Source: a bacterium
GTDB lineage: Bacteria > Planctomycetota > Phycisphaerae > Phycisphaerales > SM1A02
Assembly (NCBI GenBank): GCA_046337925.1
Contig: JBKCZS010000101.1
Span: 1 to 63,620, forward strand
Direction of reading: 5' to 3'
DNA: 63,620 nt
In this document: positions 25,866-35,227 of the stretch, piece by piece
Numbering within the stretch: position 1 is the first letter of the stretch
Layout of the letters: every line of letters begins with the position of its first letter
Position numbers and translations under genes: made by a program
The notes under the pieces: generated by a model
Databases searched by the model: none
What the model saw: only the letters and a program-made list of their open reading frames with translations
Told to the model about the DNA's origin: nothing

Positions 25866-27476
25866 TCAGTACGACGGGTCGTACACCTTGCCGCGCAGCC
25901 ACGCGTCGATGTCGCGCGGGCGCTCGACGCGCGCGAAGCCGCGCTCGAAGATCAGTTCCGCAACCTCGACCGCAACCTCGACCGCAGACTGGTGGATGCG
26001 CTCGAGCGGCGGGTAGATGAGGCCCACCGAGAGCTCCGCCTCGGTCGTGCGCGCGGAGAGCGACTCCGCGGCCTTGAGGAACATCTCGTCGGTCACGCGG
26101 CGCGCCTCGGTGGCGTACACCGCCATGCCGACCGCGGGATAGATGTAGACATTGTTGCCCTGCCCCGGCACGAGGATGCGGCCGTTCAGTTCGACCGGCT
26201 GGAACGGCGAACCCGACGCGAAGATCGCGCCGCCGTCGGTCCAGATCCACGCTTGCTCCGCCGTGCACTCCGACTTCGAGGTCGGGTTCGAGTACGGGAA
26301 GATCACGGGCCGCTCGCAGTAGGCGCGCATCGCCTCGACGACCTCCTGCGTGAAGCTCTGCGGCTGCGTGCTGGTGCCGATGAGGACGGTCGGCTTCAGC
26401 GCGCGCACGGCCTCGGGCAGCGTCTTGTGCAGTTCGCCGTCGCGCACGAAGGCAACCTGGTGCGGCTGGATGCCCGGGTTGTCCTTCACGACGACACCCT
26501 TCGAGTTCATCAGCCAGATGCGCGCGCGTGCATCCTGCTCGGACACGCCGCGCTGCATCATGGCTTGGACGACGAGGTCGGCGATCCCCGTCGCGGCGCT
26601 GCCGGCGCCGAAGAAGAGGTAGCGGTGGTCGACGAGCGTGTTGCCGAGCGCGCGGCACGCGGCGAAGAGCCCCGCCACCGCGATCGACGCCGTGCCCTGG
26701 ATGTCGTCGTTGAAGCACGACACGCGGTCGCGGTAGCGCGCAAGCAGCGGGATCGCCGTCGTGTTGTGGAAATCCTCGAACTGGATGCACGAGCGCGGAT
26801 ACACCTCCTGCACCGCCATCACGAACTCCTCGACGAAGGAGTCGTACTCCGCGCCGCGCAGGCGCTGCTGCCGCAGGCCCGGGTAGAGCTCGTCGTTCAG
26901 GAAGCTCTCGTTGTTCGTGCCGACATCGAGCACGACGGGCATGCAGCGCGCGGGCGGCACGCCGCCGATCGCGGTGTAGAGCGCAAGCTTTCCGACCGGA
27001 ATGCCCATGCCGCAGACGCCGAGGTCGCCGAGGCCGAGGATGCGCTCGCCGTCGGTCACGCAGATGATGCGCACATCGGTCTCGGGCCAGTTGCGCAGGA
27101 TTTCCGCGATGCGCCCGCGGTGCTTGAGCGACACATACAGGCCCTTCGGGCGCCGCATGATGTGGCCGAACTTCTGGCACGCCTCGCCGACGGTCGGCGT
27201 GTAGACGATCGGCATGTGCTTCGGCGCGTCGGCGCGGAGCAGCTGGTAGAAGAGGCGCTCGTTGCGGTCCTGCAGTTCCGAGAGATAGATGTAGCGCTCG
27301 AGGTCGTTGGCGCGGCGCTCGAGCTGCGCGAGCGCGCGCTTCTGCTGCGTGGCGCTGTCGTCGACCGCGTCCGGGTAGAGACCCGTGAGGCCAAGCAGCT
27401 CGCGCTCGGCCTCGCTGAAGGCGGTGCCCTTGTTCAGTCGCGGGTTGTAGAGGATCTCGTGGGCGTCCTTACGCAT
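25866..27476 (-). CDS. NAD(P)-dependent malic enzyme (large, eukaryote-like type)
   Basis: LYNPRLNKGTAFSEAER, VYTPTVGEAC, VTDGERILGLGDLG, FNDDIQGTA and GAGSAATGIA. Confidence 0.93.
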   Translation of the reverse strand: MRKDAHEILYNPRLNKGTAFSEAERELLGLTGLYPDAVDDSATQQKRALAQLERRANDLERYIYLSELQDRNERLFYQLLRADAPKHMPIVYTPTVGEACQKFGHIMRRPKGLYVSLKHRGRIAEILRNWPETDVRIICVTDGERILGLGDLGVCGMGIPVGKLALYTAIGGVPPARCMPVVLDVGTNNESFLNDELYPGLRQQRLRGAEYDSFVEEFVMAVQEVYPRSCIQFEDFHNTTAIPLLARYRDRVSCFNDDIQGTASIAVAGLFAACRALGNTLVDHRYLFFGAGSAATGIADLVVQAMMQRGVSEQDARARIWLMNSKGVVVKDNPGIQPHQVAFVRDGELHKTLPEAVRALKPTVLIGTSTQPQSFTQEVVEAMRAYCERPVIFPYSNPTSKSECTAEQAWIWTDGGAIFASGSPFQPVELNGRILVPGQGNNVYIYPAVGMAVYATEARRVTDEMFLKAAESLSARTTEAELSVGLIYPPLERIHQSAVEVAVEVAELIFERGFARVERPRDIDAWLRGKVYDPSY

Positions 27477-27501
27477 CAAGTGTCTCGCGCATCGCCGTTC
27501 G

Positions 27502-28548
27502 TCACCGCATCTCGCGCCAGCCACCCATCCGCGATGGATCGGCCGCATCGAACACGAGCGAACCTTCCGCGACGATGAACGCCCGGCCTGCGATGCGCGG
27601 CCGGACGCCTCCGTCGGAGAGTGCAGCGTACCGCGCCTCGAACACGCTGCCGATGGCCGATTCCTGCACCCACGGAACGCCTGCGGCCAGTTCGCCGCGC
27701 GCCGCGAGCGTTGCGAGAAGCGCGCTCGTGCCCGTGCCGCAGGGCGACCGGTCGAAGGTGCCGTTCGGGCAGAGGACGAAGTTCGCGGCCCGCGCCCCTG
27801 CGCGCGAGGGCAGGAACGACAGCAGCACATGGTCGATCAGCCCGCCGTTCTCGGCGCCGCCCCGCAGGCCGGCGCGGCGGATTCCCTCGAGGATCGCCCC
27901 TGCGTACGACAGTTCCTCGGCATGCGTGCGCATCGCGCGGCCGGCCTTCGCGCCGGGCGAAAGCCCGTCGTGGCGCACGATGAAGAACCAGTTGCCGCCC
28001 CACGCGATGTCGCCGCGCACGAGGCCGCCCTGCGCGAGCACGGTCTCGACCTCGCGCGCGTGCATGCGCGACGGCACATTGTCGAACGCGAAGCGCCCGT
28101 CGTCGAGCGACAAGACGACGACATCGCCCACGCGCGTCTCGATCGTCGCGCTCGCGGGCAGGTCGAACCCGATGTGCCGCAGCGTGCGCGCGAGGCCGAT
28201 CGTGGCGTGACCGCACATGCCGAGCGGCGCGCTTGCGTTCCAGAAGAGGACCCCGCACGAGGCGCCCGGCTTCGACGGGCGGCAGACGAGCGCGCACACC
28301 GTCGCGTCGGCCGCGCGCGGATTCGCGGCGAGCGCGAGGCACTCGGGCGGGATCGCGAGGCGTCCGTCCACCGACCAGTGCGCGAGAAGCTCGGGAAGCG
28401 TGAGGTGGAAGAGCCCGCCGTCGGGTGCCAGCAGCACGCGGGTCGGCTCGCCTTCGGTGTGGCTGTCGACGAATCGCTCGATCTTCACGCCCGCAGGATA
28501 CTGCGCCCATGCATCGAACGCCGCGCTACGCTGCGCGGATGCAATCAT
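27502..28548 (-). CDS. Proline racemase-family enzyme, likely 4-hydroxyproline 2-epimerase (Cys/Cys catalytic pair)
   Basis: DSHTEGEPTRV, MCGHATIG and SPCGTGTSA. The start is uncertain: either ATG at 28548 or GTG at 28488. Confidence 0.82.
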   Translation of the reverse strand: MIASAQRSAAFDAWAQYPAGVKIERFVDSHTEGEPTRVLLAPDGGLFHLTLPELLAHWSVDGRLAIPPECLALAANPRAADATVCALVCRPSKPGASCGVLFWNASAPLGMCGHATIGLARTLRHIGFDLPASATIETRVGDVVVLSLDDGRFAFDNVPSRMHAREVETVLAQGGLVRGDIAWGGNWFFIVRHDGLSPGAKAGRAMRTHAEELSYAGAILEGIRRAGLRGGAENGGLIDHVLLSFLPSRAGARAANFVLCPNGTFDRSPCGTGTSALLATLAARGELAAGVPWVQESAIGSVFEARYAALSDGGVRPRIAGRAFIVAEGSLVFDAADPSRMGGWREMR

Positions 28549-29468
28549 CGAACGATGTCGGCTCGCCGTTCCGCGGCGTCATCCCCGCGGTTGTTTCCCC
28601 GTTCCGCGACGATGGTTCGCTGTGGGCCACGCGCCTCGGCGACCTCGCGCGGCGCATGCTCGCGGCGGGCTGCACGGGCACGGTGTGGCCGGGGTCGCTC
28701 GGCGAGGGGCAGGCGCTTTCGTTCGACGAGCGCGTCGATGGATGGAAGGCGATCGCCGCCGCGAGCGAAGGCCGCGGCAACGCGTTCGCGACGATCTCCG
28801 CCGCGTCGACGCGCGAAGCCGTGCGCCAGGTCGAGACGGCCGCCGAGATCGGCATGCGCGGCTGCATGATTTTGCCGCCGTATGTCCACAAGGGCCCGTG
28901 GCACGAGTACCGCGCGCACTTCGAGGCGATGCTCAAGGCCGCTCCCCTGCCGATGATGCTCTACAACAATCCGCCCGCGTACATCGTCGATGTGAGCGCG
29001 GAGCAGGTGTTCGATCTTGCCGAGAAGCACGCGAACCTCGTCGCGGTGAAGGACTCGACCGGCGACGCGCGCAAGCTGACCGCGCTCGTCGCGGGCAGCC
29101 GCGGCCGCACGCGCAAGGTCGGCGCCCTCGTCGGGCTCGACGACTGCGCTGTCGAGGGCGCGCGCATGGGCTGCTGCGGCTGGATCGCCGGCCTTGCGAA
29201 CGCGCTTCCCGAGGAAAGCGTGCGGCTCTTCACGCTCGCGCAGTCGACGCGCGCCGAGGACATCGAGGCGTGCGACGCGCTGTACGCGTGGTTCCTGCCG
29301 CTTCTCAGGCTCGACACCGTGCCCGACTTCGTGCAGTTGATCAAGCTCGTGATGGCCGAGACCGGCACGGGCGACGAGCGCGTGCGCGCACCGCGGCAGC
29401 CGGTTGAGGGCGAGGCACGCGCACGGGCTCTGGCGGTGATCCGCGCGGCGCTCGCGAAGCGGGTGTGA
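28539..29468 (+). CDS. DHDPS/DapA-family lyase, likely delta1-pyrroline-4-hydroxy-2-carboxylate deaminase
   Basis: GVIPAVVSPF, YNNPP and Schiff-base lysine context LVAVKDSTGD. The function is assigned from neighbourhood. An alternative ATG lies at 28509. Confidence 0.75.
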   Translation: MQSSNDVGSPFRGVIPAVVSPFRDDGSLWATRLGDLARRMLAAGCTGTVWPGSLGEGQALSFDERVDGWKAIAAASEGRGNAFATISAASTREAVRQVETAAEIGMRGCMILPPYVHKGPWHEYRAHFEAMLKAAPLPMMLYNNPPAYIVDVSAEQVFDLAEKHANLVAVKDSTGDARKLTALVAGSRGRTRKVGALVGLDDCAVEGARMGCCGWIAGLANALPEESVRLFTLAQSTRAEDIEACDALYAWFLPLLRLDTVPDFVQLIKLVMAETGTGDERVRAPRQPVEGEARARALAVIRAALAKRV

Positions 29469-29476
29469 CGGTCGTT

Positions 29477-29670
29477 GAAGAGGGCGAAGCCCGAGCGTTG
29501 ACCGTCATGGTCGACAGCCAAAATGGGTGCCACTGCTTCTAGCAGTGCGGAGTCGGACACCCCGATTTCAAGCCTTACGCCGGCATGGGCACGAAACCAC
29601 TACTGGACGTAGTGCCACCCAGTTTGGCTGTCGACTCGCGCGGTTGTTGGCTCGGGCTTCGCCCTCGAAG
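29477..29670. repeat. Composite palindromic intergenic element: two inverted copies of a ~45-nt hairpin unit inside a 17-bp outer inverted repeat
   Basis: The outer arms gagggcgaagcccgagc lie within 29477-29497 and (reverse-complemented) 29649-29670. The inner units lie at 29509-29556 and, inverted, at 29597-29637. A third unit copy lies at 63528-63577. Confidence 0.85.
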
Positions 29671-29674
29671 CCAC

Positions 29675-31090
29675 TCACCCCTGCACGCACAGCGCCTTCG
29701 AGAACCGCTTCGCCGCCGCGGGCAACCCGACCGCGGTGAACCGCGCGTCGCCCGTCGCGGGGAACGGCCCGCCGTGGACCATCGCGGGGCTGACCGCGAC
29801 GCCCGTCGGCATGGTTTCCGTCAGCAGTCGACCGACCTTGAACCGCAGCACGCCGAACAGCGTCGCGCGCACCGCTTCGTCGGCCGCGTCGGCGACGACG
29901 GTCGAGGCCAATTGGCCATCGAGCATCCGCGCGAAGTCCACGAGCTGCGCATCGCCTTCGACCGCGACCACCGTGCCGAGCGGACCGAACGCCTCCTGCA
30001 TGAACGCGCCGCGCGTGCGCCGTACGAGCGCCGCATCGGCGACCGCGAGCGTGGGCTCGAAGCGGAATCCAGGCGTCTGCGCGCGGCCGCCGCACGCGAT
30101 CCGCGCGCCCGCGGCGCGCAGCGCGTCGACCGACTGCGCAAGATGCACGCGGATCGATTCGGTCAAGAGCACCGCGGGCGCAGCCTTGCCGAGCACATCG
30201 GTCGCGCGCGCGGCCACGCGCGCGGCTGCCGCTTCGCCCGCCACGAAGATCACGCCCGGCTTCGTGCAGAACTGCCCGCCGCCGAGCAGCACCGAGGCCG
30301 TCCACGCATCGGCGATCGCCTCGGCGCGCGCGGCCGCGGCGTGCGACGCGACGAACACGGGATTCACGCCCGCCATCTCGCAGCTCGCGGGCTTCCCGAG
30401 CCGGTCGCACGCGGCCTTCAGCCGAAGCCCCGCCGCCCGCGATCCCGTGAAGCCGAGCGCAGCGACGCCCGCATGCGCCAGCATCGCCTCGCCATCATCG
30501 GGGGAACAGTCGAAGAAGAGCTGCACCGCCGACGAGGGCAGCTTCGCCGCGTCGCGCGCCGCGCAGCAGTGCGCGAACAGCCGCGCCGTCGTGTTCGGGT
30601 GCCCCGGATGCGCCTTCGCGATCACGGGGTTGCGCGCCGCGATCGCCGCGGCGAAGTCGCCGCCCGAGACGCCATTGAACGCAAGCGGGAAGTTCGACGG
30701 CCCGATGCACACGACCGCGCCGCCGGGCGGGACGAGCGTCGAGCGCAGCTTGTGCTTCTCGTCGACCGCGACGGTGCGCCACGATTCGTCGCGCAGACAG
30801 CCCGCCGCCTCGCGCAGCTGGAAGGTCATGCGGTTGAACTCGACCTCCGACAGCCGCGGCGCGAGCGGCAGCGCCGTCTCCTCGTGCGCGAGCTGCGCGA
30901 TGCCCGCGCGGTCGTTCTCGAGCCGCGTGGCGTAGTCCTCGAGGAAGTCCGCCAGCACGGTGCCGGGCGCGTCGGCGAGCGCATCGACCGCGTCGAATGC
31001 CGTATCGGCGATCGCCTCGAGATCGGCGCGCGAACTCCGCCCGAAGTCCGCGCCGAATGCCTCGCCCGTCGCGGGATTCACCGCGCGCAT
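29675..31090 (-). CDS. Aldehyde dehydrogenase, alpha-ketoglutarate semialdehyde dehydrogenase-like
   Basis: GPSNFPLAF, CEMAGVNP, GGGQFCTKPG and HGGPFPAT. The ATG at 31090 lies 2 nt after the rnd stop. Confidence 0.85.
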   Translation of the reverse strand: MRAVNPATGEAFGADFGRSSRADLEAIADTAFDAVDALADAPGTVLADFLEDYATRLENDRAGIAQLAHEETALPLAPRLSEVEFNRMTFQLREAAGCLRDESWRTVAVDEKHKLRSTLVPPGGAVVCIGPSNFPLAFNGVSGGDFAAAIAARNPVIAKAHPGHPNTTARLFAHCCAARDAAKLPSSAVQLFFDCSPDDGEAMLAHAGVAALGFTGSRAAGLRLKAACDRLGKPASCEMAGVNPVFVASHAAAARAEAIADAWTASVLLGGGQFCTKPGVIFVAGEAAAARVAARATDVLGKAAPAVLLTESIRVHLAQSVDALRAAGARIACGGRAQTPGFRFEPTLAVADAALVRRTRGAFMQEAFGPLGTVVAVEGDAQLVDFARMLDGQLASTVVADAADEAVRATLFGVLRFKVGRLLTETMPTGVAVSPAMVHGGPFPATGDARFTAVGLPAAAKRFSKALCVQG

Positions 31091-31091
31091 G

Positions 31092-32369
31092 TCAGGCGCC
31101 CCGCTCACCGGCGAGCGTCGGGCGACCGTCCTTCCAGACGATCTTCACATCGGACTCGCCGCGCAGGAAGCTCTCGAGCCAGTTGCCGATCGCCTCGATG
31201 CGCCAGTCGCCTTGCTCGAAGAGCGGCTGCGGCTCGGGCGTCATCCGCGACATCCACCAGCGCGAGATGTCGCCGCGCGTCGCGACCATGGTGGGCGCGA
31301 GGCCCATCGCGATGCAGCGCGCGCCGAGGATCGCCACGATCGCGTCGATCGCGGCGCGGTCTTCGCCGGTCTCCTCGGTGATCTTGCCGTGCGCAAGCTT
31401 CTCGGGCGGCATCTTTCCGCCTTCGTCGACCGCCTGTGCGATCCGGTCGCCGTACTTCTGCACGAAGCGCTTGGGCAGGCCGCGGACCGACGACAGCTGC
31501 TGCACGCTCACGGGCCGCTGGCGCACGATCTCGGCGAGCGTCTCGTCGGGCATCACGACGCGGTGCGGCAGGTCTTCCTTGCGCGCGATCTCGTCGCGGA
31601 GGCGCGTCATGAGCCGCAGGGTCGGGATCTGCGCGGGCTTCATCGGCCAGCTCTTGAGCGTGCGGCGGACCTGCGATTCCTCGTCGAAGCGCGCGGGGAT
31701 CTTTCCGCTCAGCTCGCACTCGCGCATCGCCCACGCAAGCGAGCCGCGGCGCTCGAGGTCGGTGCGCAGCCGCTCCCACACGAGCGGCAGGTACCGCACA
31801 TCGTCGGCCGCATAGCGGAGCTGCGACGCAGACAGCGGGCGCGCGTCCCAGTTCGTGAAGGTGTGCCCCTTCGAGAGCTTGTGGCCCGCGAAGCGCTCGA
31901 CGAGCTTCTCGAGGCCGGCGGGCCACGGCATCTCGGCGAACGCGGCCGCGACCTGCACATCGAGGGTGTTCGCGGGCTCCTTGCCGAGCAGCCGGCGCAC
32001 CGGCTCGAGATCCTGCGTTCCCGCGTGGACGATCGTCAGCAGCGACGGATCCGCGACAAGCTCGAAGATCGGCTTGAGGTCGGGTAGCGCCACGGAGTCG
32101 ACAAGCACCACACGCTCGGTGGTCGCAAGCTGCACGAGGCATATCTTCGGCCAGTAGCTCTCCTCGCCGATGAACTCGGTGTCGTAGGCGAAGACGCCCT
32201 TCTCGCGCACATGCGCGAGCTCGGCCGCGAGCTCCTCGGCGCTCGTCACGAGGCGCGCGTCGCCGCGCGGCACGAGCGAATGCTCGAGATGCGGCGTATT
32301 CGCCGAATCATCGTCCTGCGACGCGGCATGGTGCCGTTCGCGCTTCTTGCGTCGGTAGTTGAGGTTCAT
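31092..32369 (-). CDS. rnd: Ribonuclease D (DEDD 3'-5' exonuclease + HRDC)
   Basis: AYDTEF, HAGTQDL, YAADDVRYL and an HRDC-like region. The ATG overlaps the aminotransferase stop. The upstream part of the 879-aa ORF is an out-of-frame shadow. Confidence 0.88.
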   Translation of the reverse strand: MNLNYRRKKRERHHAASQDDDSANTPHLEHSLVPRGDARLVTSAEELAAELAHVREKGVFAYDTEFIGEESYWPKICLVQLATTERVVLVDSVALPDLKPIFELVADPSLLTIVHAGTQDLEPVRRLLGKEPANTLDVQVAAAFAEMPWPAGLEKLVERFAGHKLSKGHTFTNWDARPLSASQLRYAADDVRYLPLVWERLRTDLERRGSLAWAMRECELSGKIPARFDEESQVRRTLKSWPMKPAQIPTLRLMTRLRDEIARKEDLPHRVVMPDETLAEIVRQRPVSVQQLSSVRGLPKRFVQKYGDRIAQAVDEGGKMPPEKLAHGKITEETGEDRAAIDAIVAILGARCIAMGLAPTMVATRGDISRWWMSRMTPEPQPLFEQGDWRIEAIGNWLESFLRGESDVKIVWKDGRPTLAGERGA

Positions 32370-33583
32370 CGCGCCGCCGCCGCCTGTCCGGAAGTGCGGG
32401 CGCGCACGCTCTCGATCACCGAACGCGCGACATGGTCGAGCTGCTCCTGGGTGAGGTCGGGGTAGATCGGAAGCGCGATCGTCTCGCGGGCCGCTGCCTC
32501 CGCGTGCGGGAAGATGCCCTTCGTGTAGTGCAGGTACTTGAAGCACTCCTGCAGGTGAAGGGGCACCGGGTAGTAGATCTCGGTGCCGATCTTGCGGTCG
32601 GCGAGGTCCTGGCGCACGGCGTCGCGGATCTCGGCGGGCACGCGGATCGTGTACTGGTTGTAGATGTGGCGCGCGCCCTGCGGCGCCGCCTTCGGATAGC
32701 GCAGCGCGAGCCCGCCCGACGACAGCGGCGAGCCGGAGTCCTTCGCCCCCGCTGCCGCGAACGACCCGTCGTAGAACGCGGCGTTCTTCTGACGGCCCGC
32801 GCTCCACGCGTCGAGGTGGCGCATCTTCACGAGGAGCACCGCGGCCTGCAGCGCGTCGAGGCGCGAGTTCATGCCGACCTCGGCGTGGTAGTACTTCGGC
32901 TCCATGCCGTGATTGCGGAGACGCATCATGCGCTGGGCGAGCGCCTCGTCGTTCGTGGTGATGATGCCGCCGTCGCCGAAGCCGCCGAGGTTCTTCGACG
33001 GGAAGTAGCTGAAGGTGCCGATCGCGCCGCGCGAACCGACGCGCTTGCCGTGGATGTCCTCGGTGCCGATCGCCTGCGCGGCGTCCTCGACCACGGGCAC
33101 GCCGTGCTCCTTGCCGATCTCGAGCATCGCGTCGAGGTCGCACGCCTGTCCGAAGAGGTGGACGGGCACGATCGCCTTGATGTTCTTGTGGCAGCGGAAC
33201 GCCATCCGAGTCGACTCGGGGCAGATGTTGTAGGTCGCCGGGTCGCAGTCGACGAAGACGGGCTGGGCGCCGAGGCGATGCACGCTGCCGGCGGTCGCGA
33301 AGAATGTGTAGGTCGGACAGAGGACGGCGTCGCCGGCCTTGATGCCGAGCGCCTGGAGCGCGAGCAGGATGGCGTCGGAGCCGTTCGCGCAGCCGATCGC
33401 GTACTTCGCCTGGCAGTAGCCGGCGGTCATGCACTCGAGCTCGCCGATCTTCGGCCCGCCGATGAAGTACTGGCTCTCGATCACTTCCTTGACGACAGGC
33501 TCGATCTCCGAGCGGATGGTCGCGTACTGCGCCTTGAGGTCGAGAAGCGGGACAGTCACGGCGGCAGCGGTCGCGGTCGTCAA
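32366..33583 (-). CDS. DegT/DnrJ/EryC1/StrS-family PLP-dependent aminotransferase
   Basis: PLLDLKAQY and FSYFPSKNLGGFGDGG (PLP lysine). I prefer the TTG at 33583, preceded by GGAGGAACAGGAG. The longer alternative is the GTG at 33655. Confidence 0.85.
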   Translation of the reverse strand: MTTATAAAVTVPLLDLKAQYATIRSEIEPVVKEVIESQYFIGGPKIGELECMTAGYCQAKYAIGCANGSDAILLALQALGIKAGDAVLCPTYTFFATAGSVHRLGAQPVFVDCDPATYNICPESTRMAFRCHKNIKAIVPVHLFGQACDLDAMLEIGKEHGVPVVEDAAQAIGTEDIHGKRVGSRGAIGTFSYFPSKNLGGFGDGGIITTNDEALAQRMMRLRNHGMEPKYYHAEVGMNSRLDALQAAVLLVKMRHLDAWSAGRQKNAAFYDGSFAAAGAKDSGSPLSSGGLALRYPKAAPQGARHIYNQYTIRVPAEIRDAVRQDLADRKIGTEIYYPVPLHLQECFKYLHYTKGIFPHAEAAARETIALPIYPDLTQEQLDHVARSVIESVRARTSGQAAAAR

Positions 33584-33663
33584 GATGGACTCCTGTTCCT
33601 CCGGGATACCGGAGACCCGCCATTGTGCAGGAATCCCGCGAGGCGCGAAAGGCACTTGGCGCC

Positions 33664-34152
33664 TTATCGCGGGTCAGCGACCCGCAACGGACCGTGCCCC
33701 GTGCCGGTCGAGCCAAATCCACCCGATCCACGAGCGGTGTCCGTAAGTGCTTCTACTTCCTTGACTTGCGCGTGTTCGACCCGCGCGATCACCATCTGGG
33801 CGATGCGGGTGCCAGGCTCGACCACGAAGGGCGTCTTCCCGAGGTTGATGAGCGGCACCTTGACCTCGCCGCGGTAGTCGGCGTCGATCGTCCCGGGTGC
33901 GTTCGGCATCGAGATCCCGTGCTTGGTCGCGAGCCCCGAGCGCGGCCGCACCTGCGCCTCGAAGCCGGGCGTCAGCGCCATGGCGAAACCGCACGGGATC
34001 AGCGCGATGGCGCCGGGCTCGATGGTGACCGGCGCGTCGAGATCGGCAGCGAGGTCGAGACCTGCAGCGAGCTCGGTCTGATACGCAGGCAGCACGGCGC
34101 TCGGCCGAAGGCGCTTGATCTCGAGGGCGATGCCGATGGGAGTGGCGGTCAT
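33664..34152 (-). CDS. dut: dUTP diphosphatase
   Basis: [27 protein letters not shown] and GGFGSTG. ATG at 34152. Confidence 0.93.
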   Translation of the reverse strand: MTATPIGIALEIKRLRPSAVLPAYQTELAAGLDLAADLDAPVTIEPGAIALIPCGFAMALTPGFEAQVRPRSGLATKHGISMPNAPGTIDADYRGEVKVPLINLGKTPFVVEPGTRIAQMVIARVEHAQVKEVEALTDTARGSGGFGSTGTGHGPLRVADPR

Positions 34153-34191
34153 GGGTGGAAAGGTAGCGCCTGCTGACACGCGCCACACGCG

Positions 34192-34232
34192 AAAAAGCCC
34201 GCAGGGCGCCGGTGTTGGCCGACGCCCCGCGG
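34192..34232 (-). terminator. Rho-independent terminator of the PEP-CTERM protein gene
   Basis: An imperfect 14-bp GC stem (34199-34212 and 34219-34232, 12 of 14 paired). On the minus strand it is followed by CTTTTTC. Confidence 0.6.
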
Positions 34233-34267
34233 TTTCCCCAGTGGTCTGTGCGAGCCGAGGTACCGGC

Positions 34268-35011
34268 TCAGGCACGCCGTCGGCGCGAACCGACGACACC
34301 TGCCAGACCAAGCAGCGCGAACGCGCCGGGAGCGGGAATCTGGCTGAACTCCTGGCGGATGAACGACGCGGATGCGAAGTGGTTCTCCTCCGCCGCGAAG
34401 AACTTGAAGTCCTTGTTCACCTCGAGCGCGCGGAATCCATCGGGATTCTGCTCGCAGAAGTCGCGGTAGTCGACGCGCTGCGTGTCGCGCGGCGGACCGT
34501 AGAAGTCGTAGATCGACAGCTGACCGAGGTAGCTGTTGGTGTCGAGGTCGAGGACGGTCTCGTCGACGCGGGCGTACGAACCGGTGCCCGAGGTGTCGCC
34601 GTTGAAGGTCGCCCTCATGTCGCAGATCCGCAGGCCCCACTCGTAGGCATCCGGGTTGACCTCGACCGTGTACTGGAGGTTCGCCTCGGAGATGCTGTCA
34701 TCGCCGGGGCTGGTATCGCCCCAGCCACCCGCGAGGTCGAAGCCGACATTGCGGAAGCCGTGGCCGTTCCCGTTGAGCGACATGAAGCCGATCAGCGTGA
34801 TGTCCTCCAGTGCAAAGTGCGCCGAGCTGAACGACTCGAACACGAACTTCTTGTCGTCGATGTAGACGGTGCGGTCGCTGCCTGCCGCGAACAGTTCGGT
34901 GAACGAGAGGGTGTCGCCGTTCCCGAGCGTCCAGCTCGCCTGCGCGGCCTGCGCTGCGAGGATGGTGGCGCCCGCGGTCATGAGGAACGCCGACTGCTTG
35001 GTAAATCGCAT
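34268..35011 (-). CDS. PEP-CTERM (PAPG variant) sorting-domain secreted protein
   Basis: SD AAGGAGAA. Signal peptide [26 protein letters not shown]-terminus is [23 protein letters not shown]. Confidence 0.8.
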   Translation of the reverse strand: MRFTKQSAFLMTAGATILAAQAAQASWTLGNGDTLSFTELFAAGSDRTVYIDDKKFVFESFSSAHFALEDITLIGFMSLNGNGHGFRNVGFDLAGGWGDTSPGDDSISEANLQYTVEVNPDAYEWGLRICDMRATFNGDTSGTGSYARVDETVLDLDTNSYLGQLSIYDFYGPPRDTQRVDYRDFCEQNPDGFRALEVNKDFKFFAAEENHFASASFIRQEFSQIPAPGAFALLGLAGVVGSRRRRA

Positions 35012-35227
35012 CGTTTCTTCTCCTTCGTCTTTCTTCGAATCGCCGCGCGTGGTGCGATGACTTCGCAACGAGCGAAGCCGGGCACCGACGGCACGGCGTC
35101 GAGCGGAGGAGATAGAAGCGATGACGGCCACGCCTATCAAGCGCGGTGGCCGTGAATCAAGGTCGAACGCGGACACTTCCCCGCTGCGGCGACAGCGTGG
35201 TCCACGAGGAAAGTTCCCGTGTCGAGA

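Noticed and set aside
31092-33731. An 879-aa ORF suggesting a large fusion protein that includes RNase D.
   Set aside because: Only the C-terminal 425 aa (from MNLNYRRKK) are RNase D. The upstream part is an out-of-frame shadow of the DegT-family gene, which has clear PLP-enzyme motifs in its own frame.
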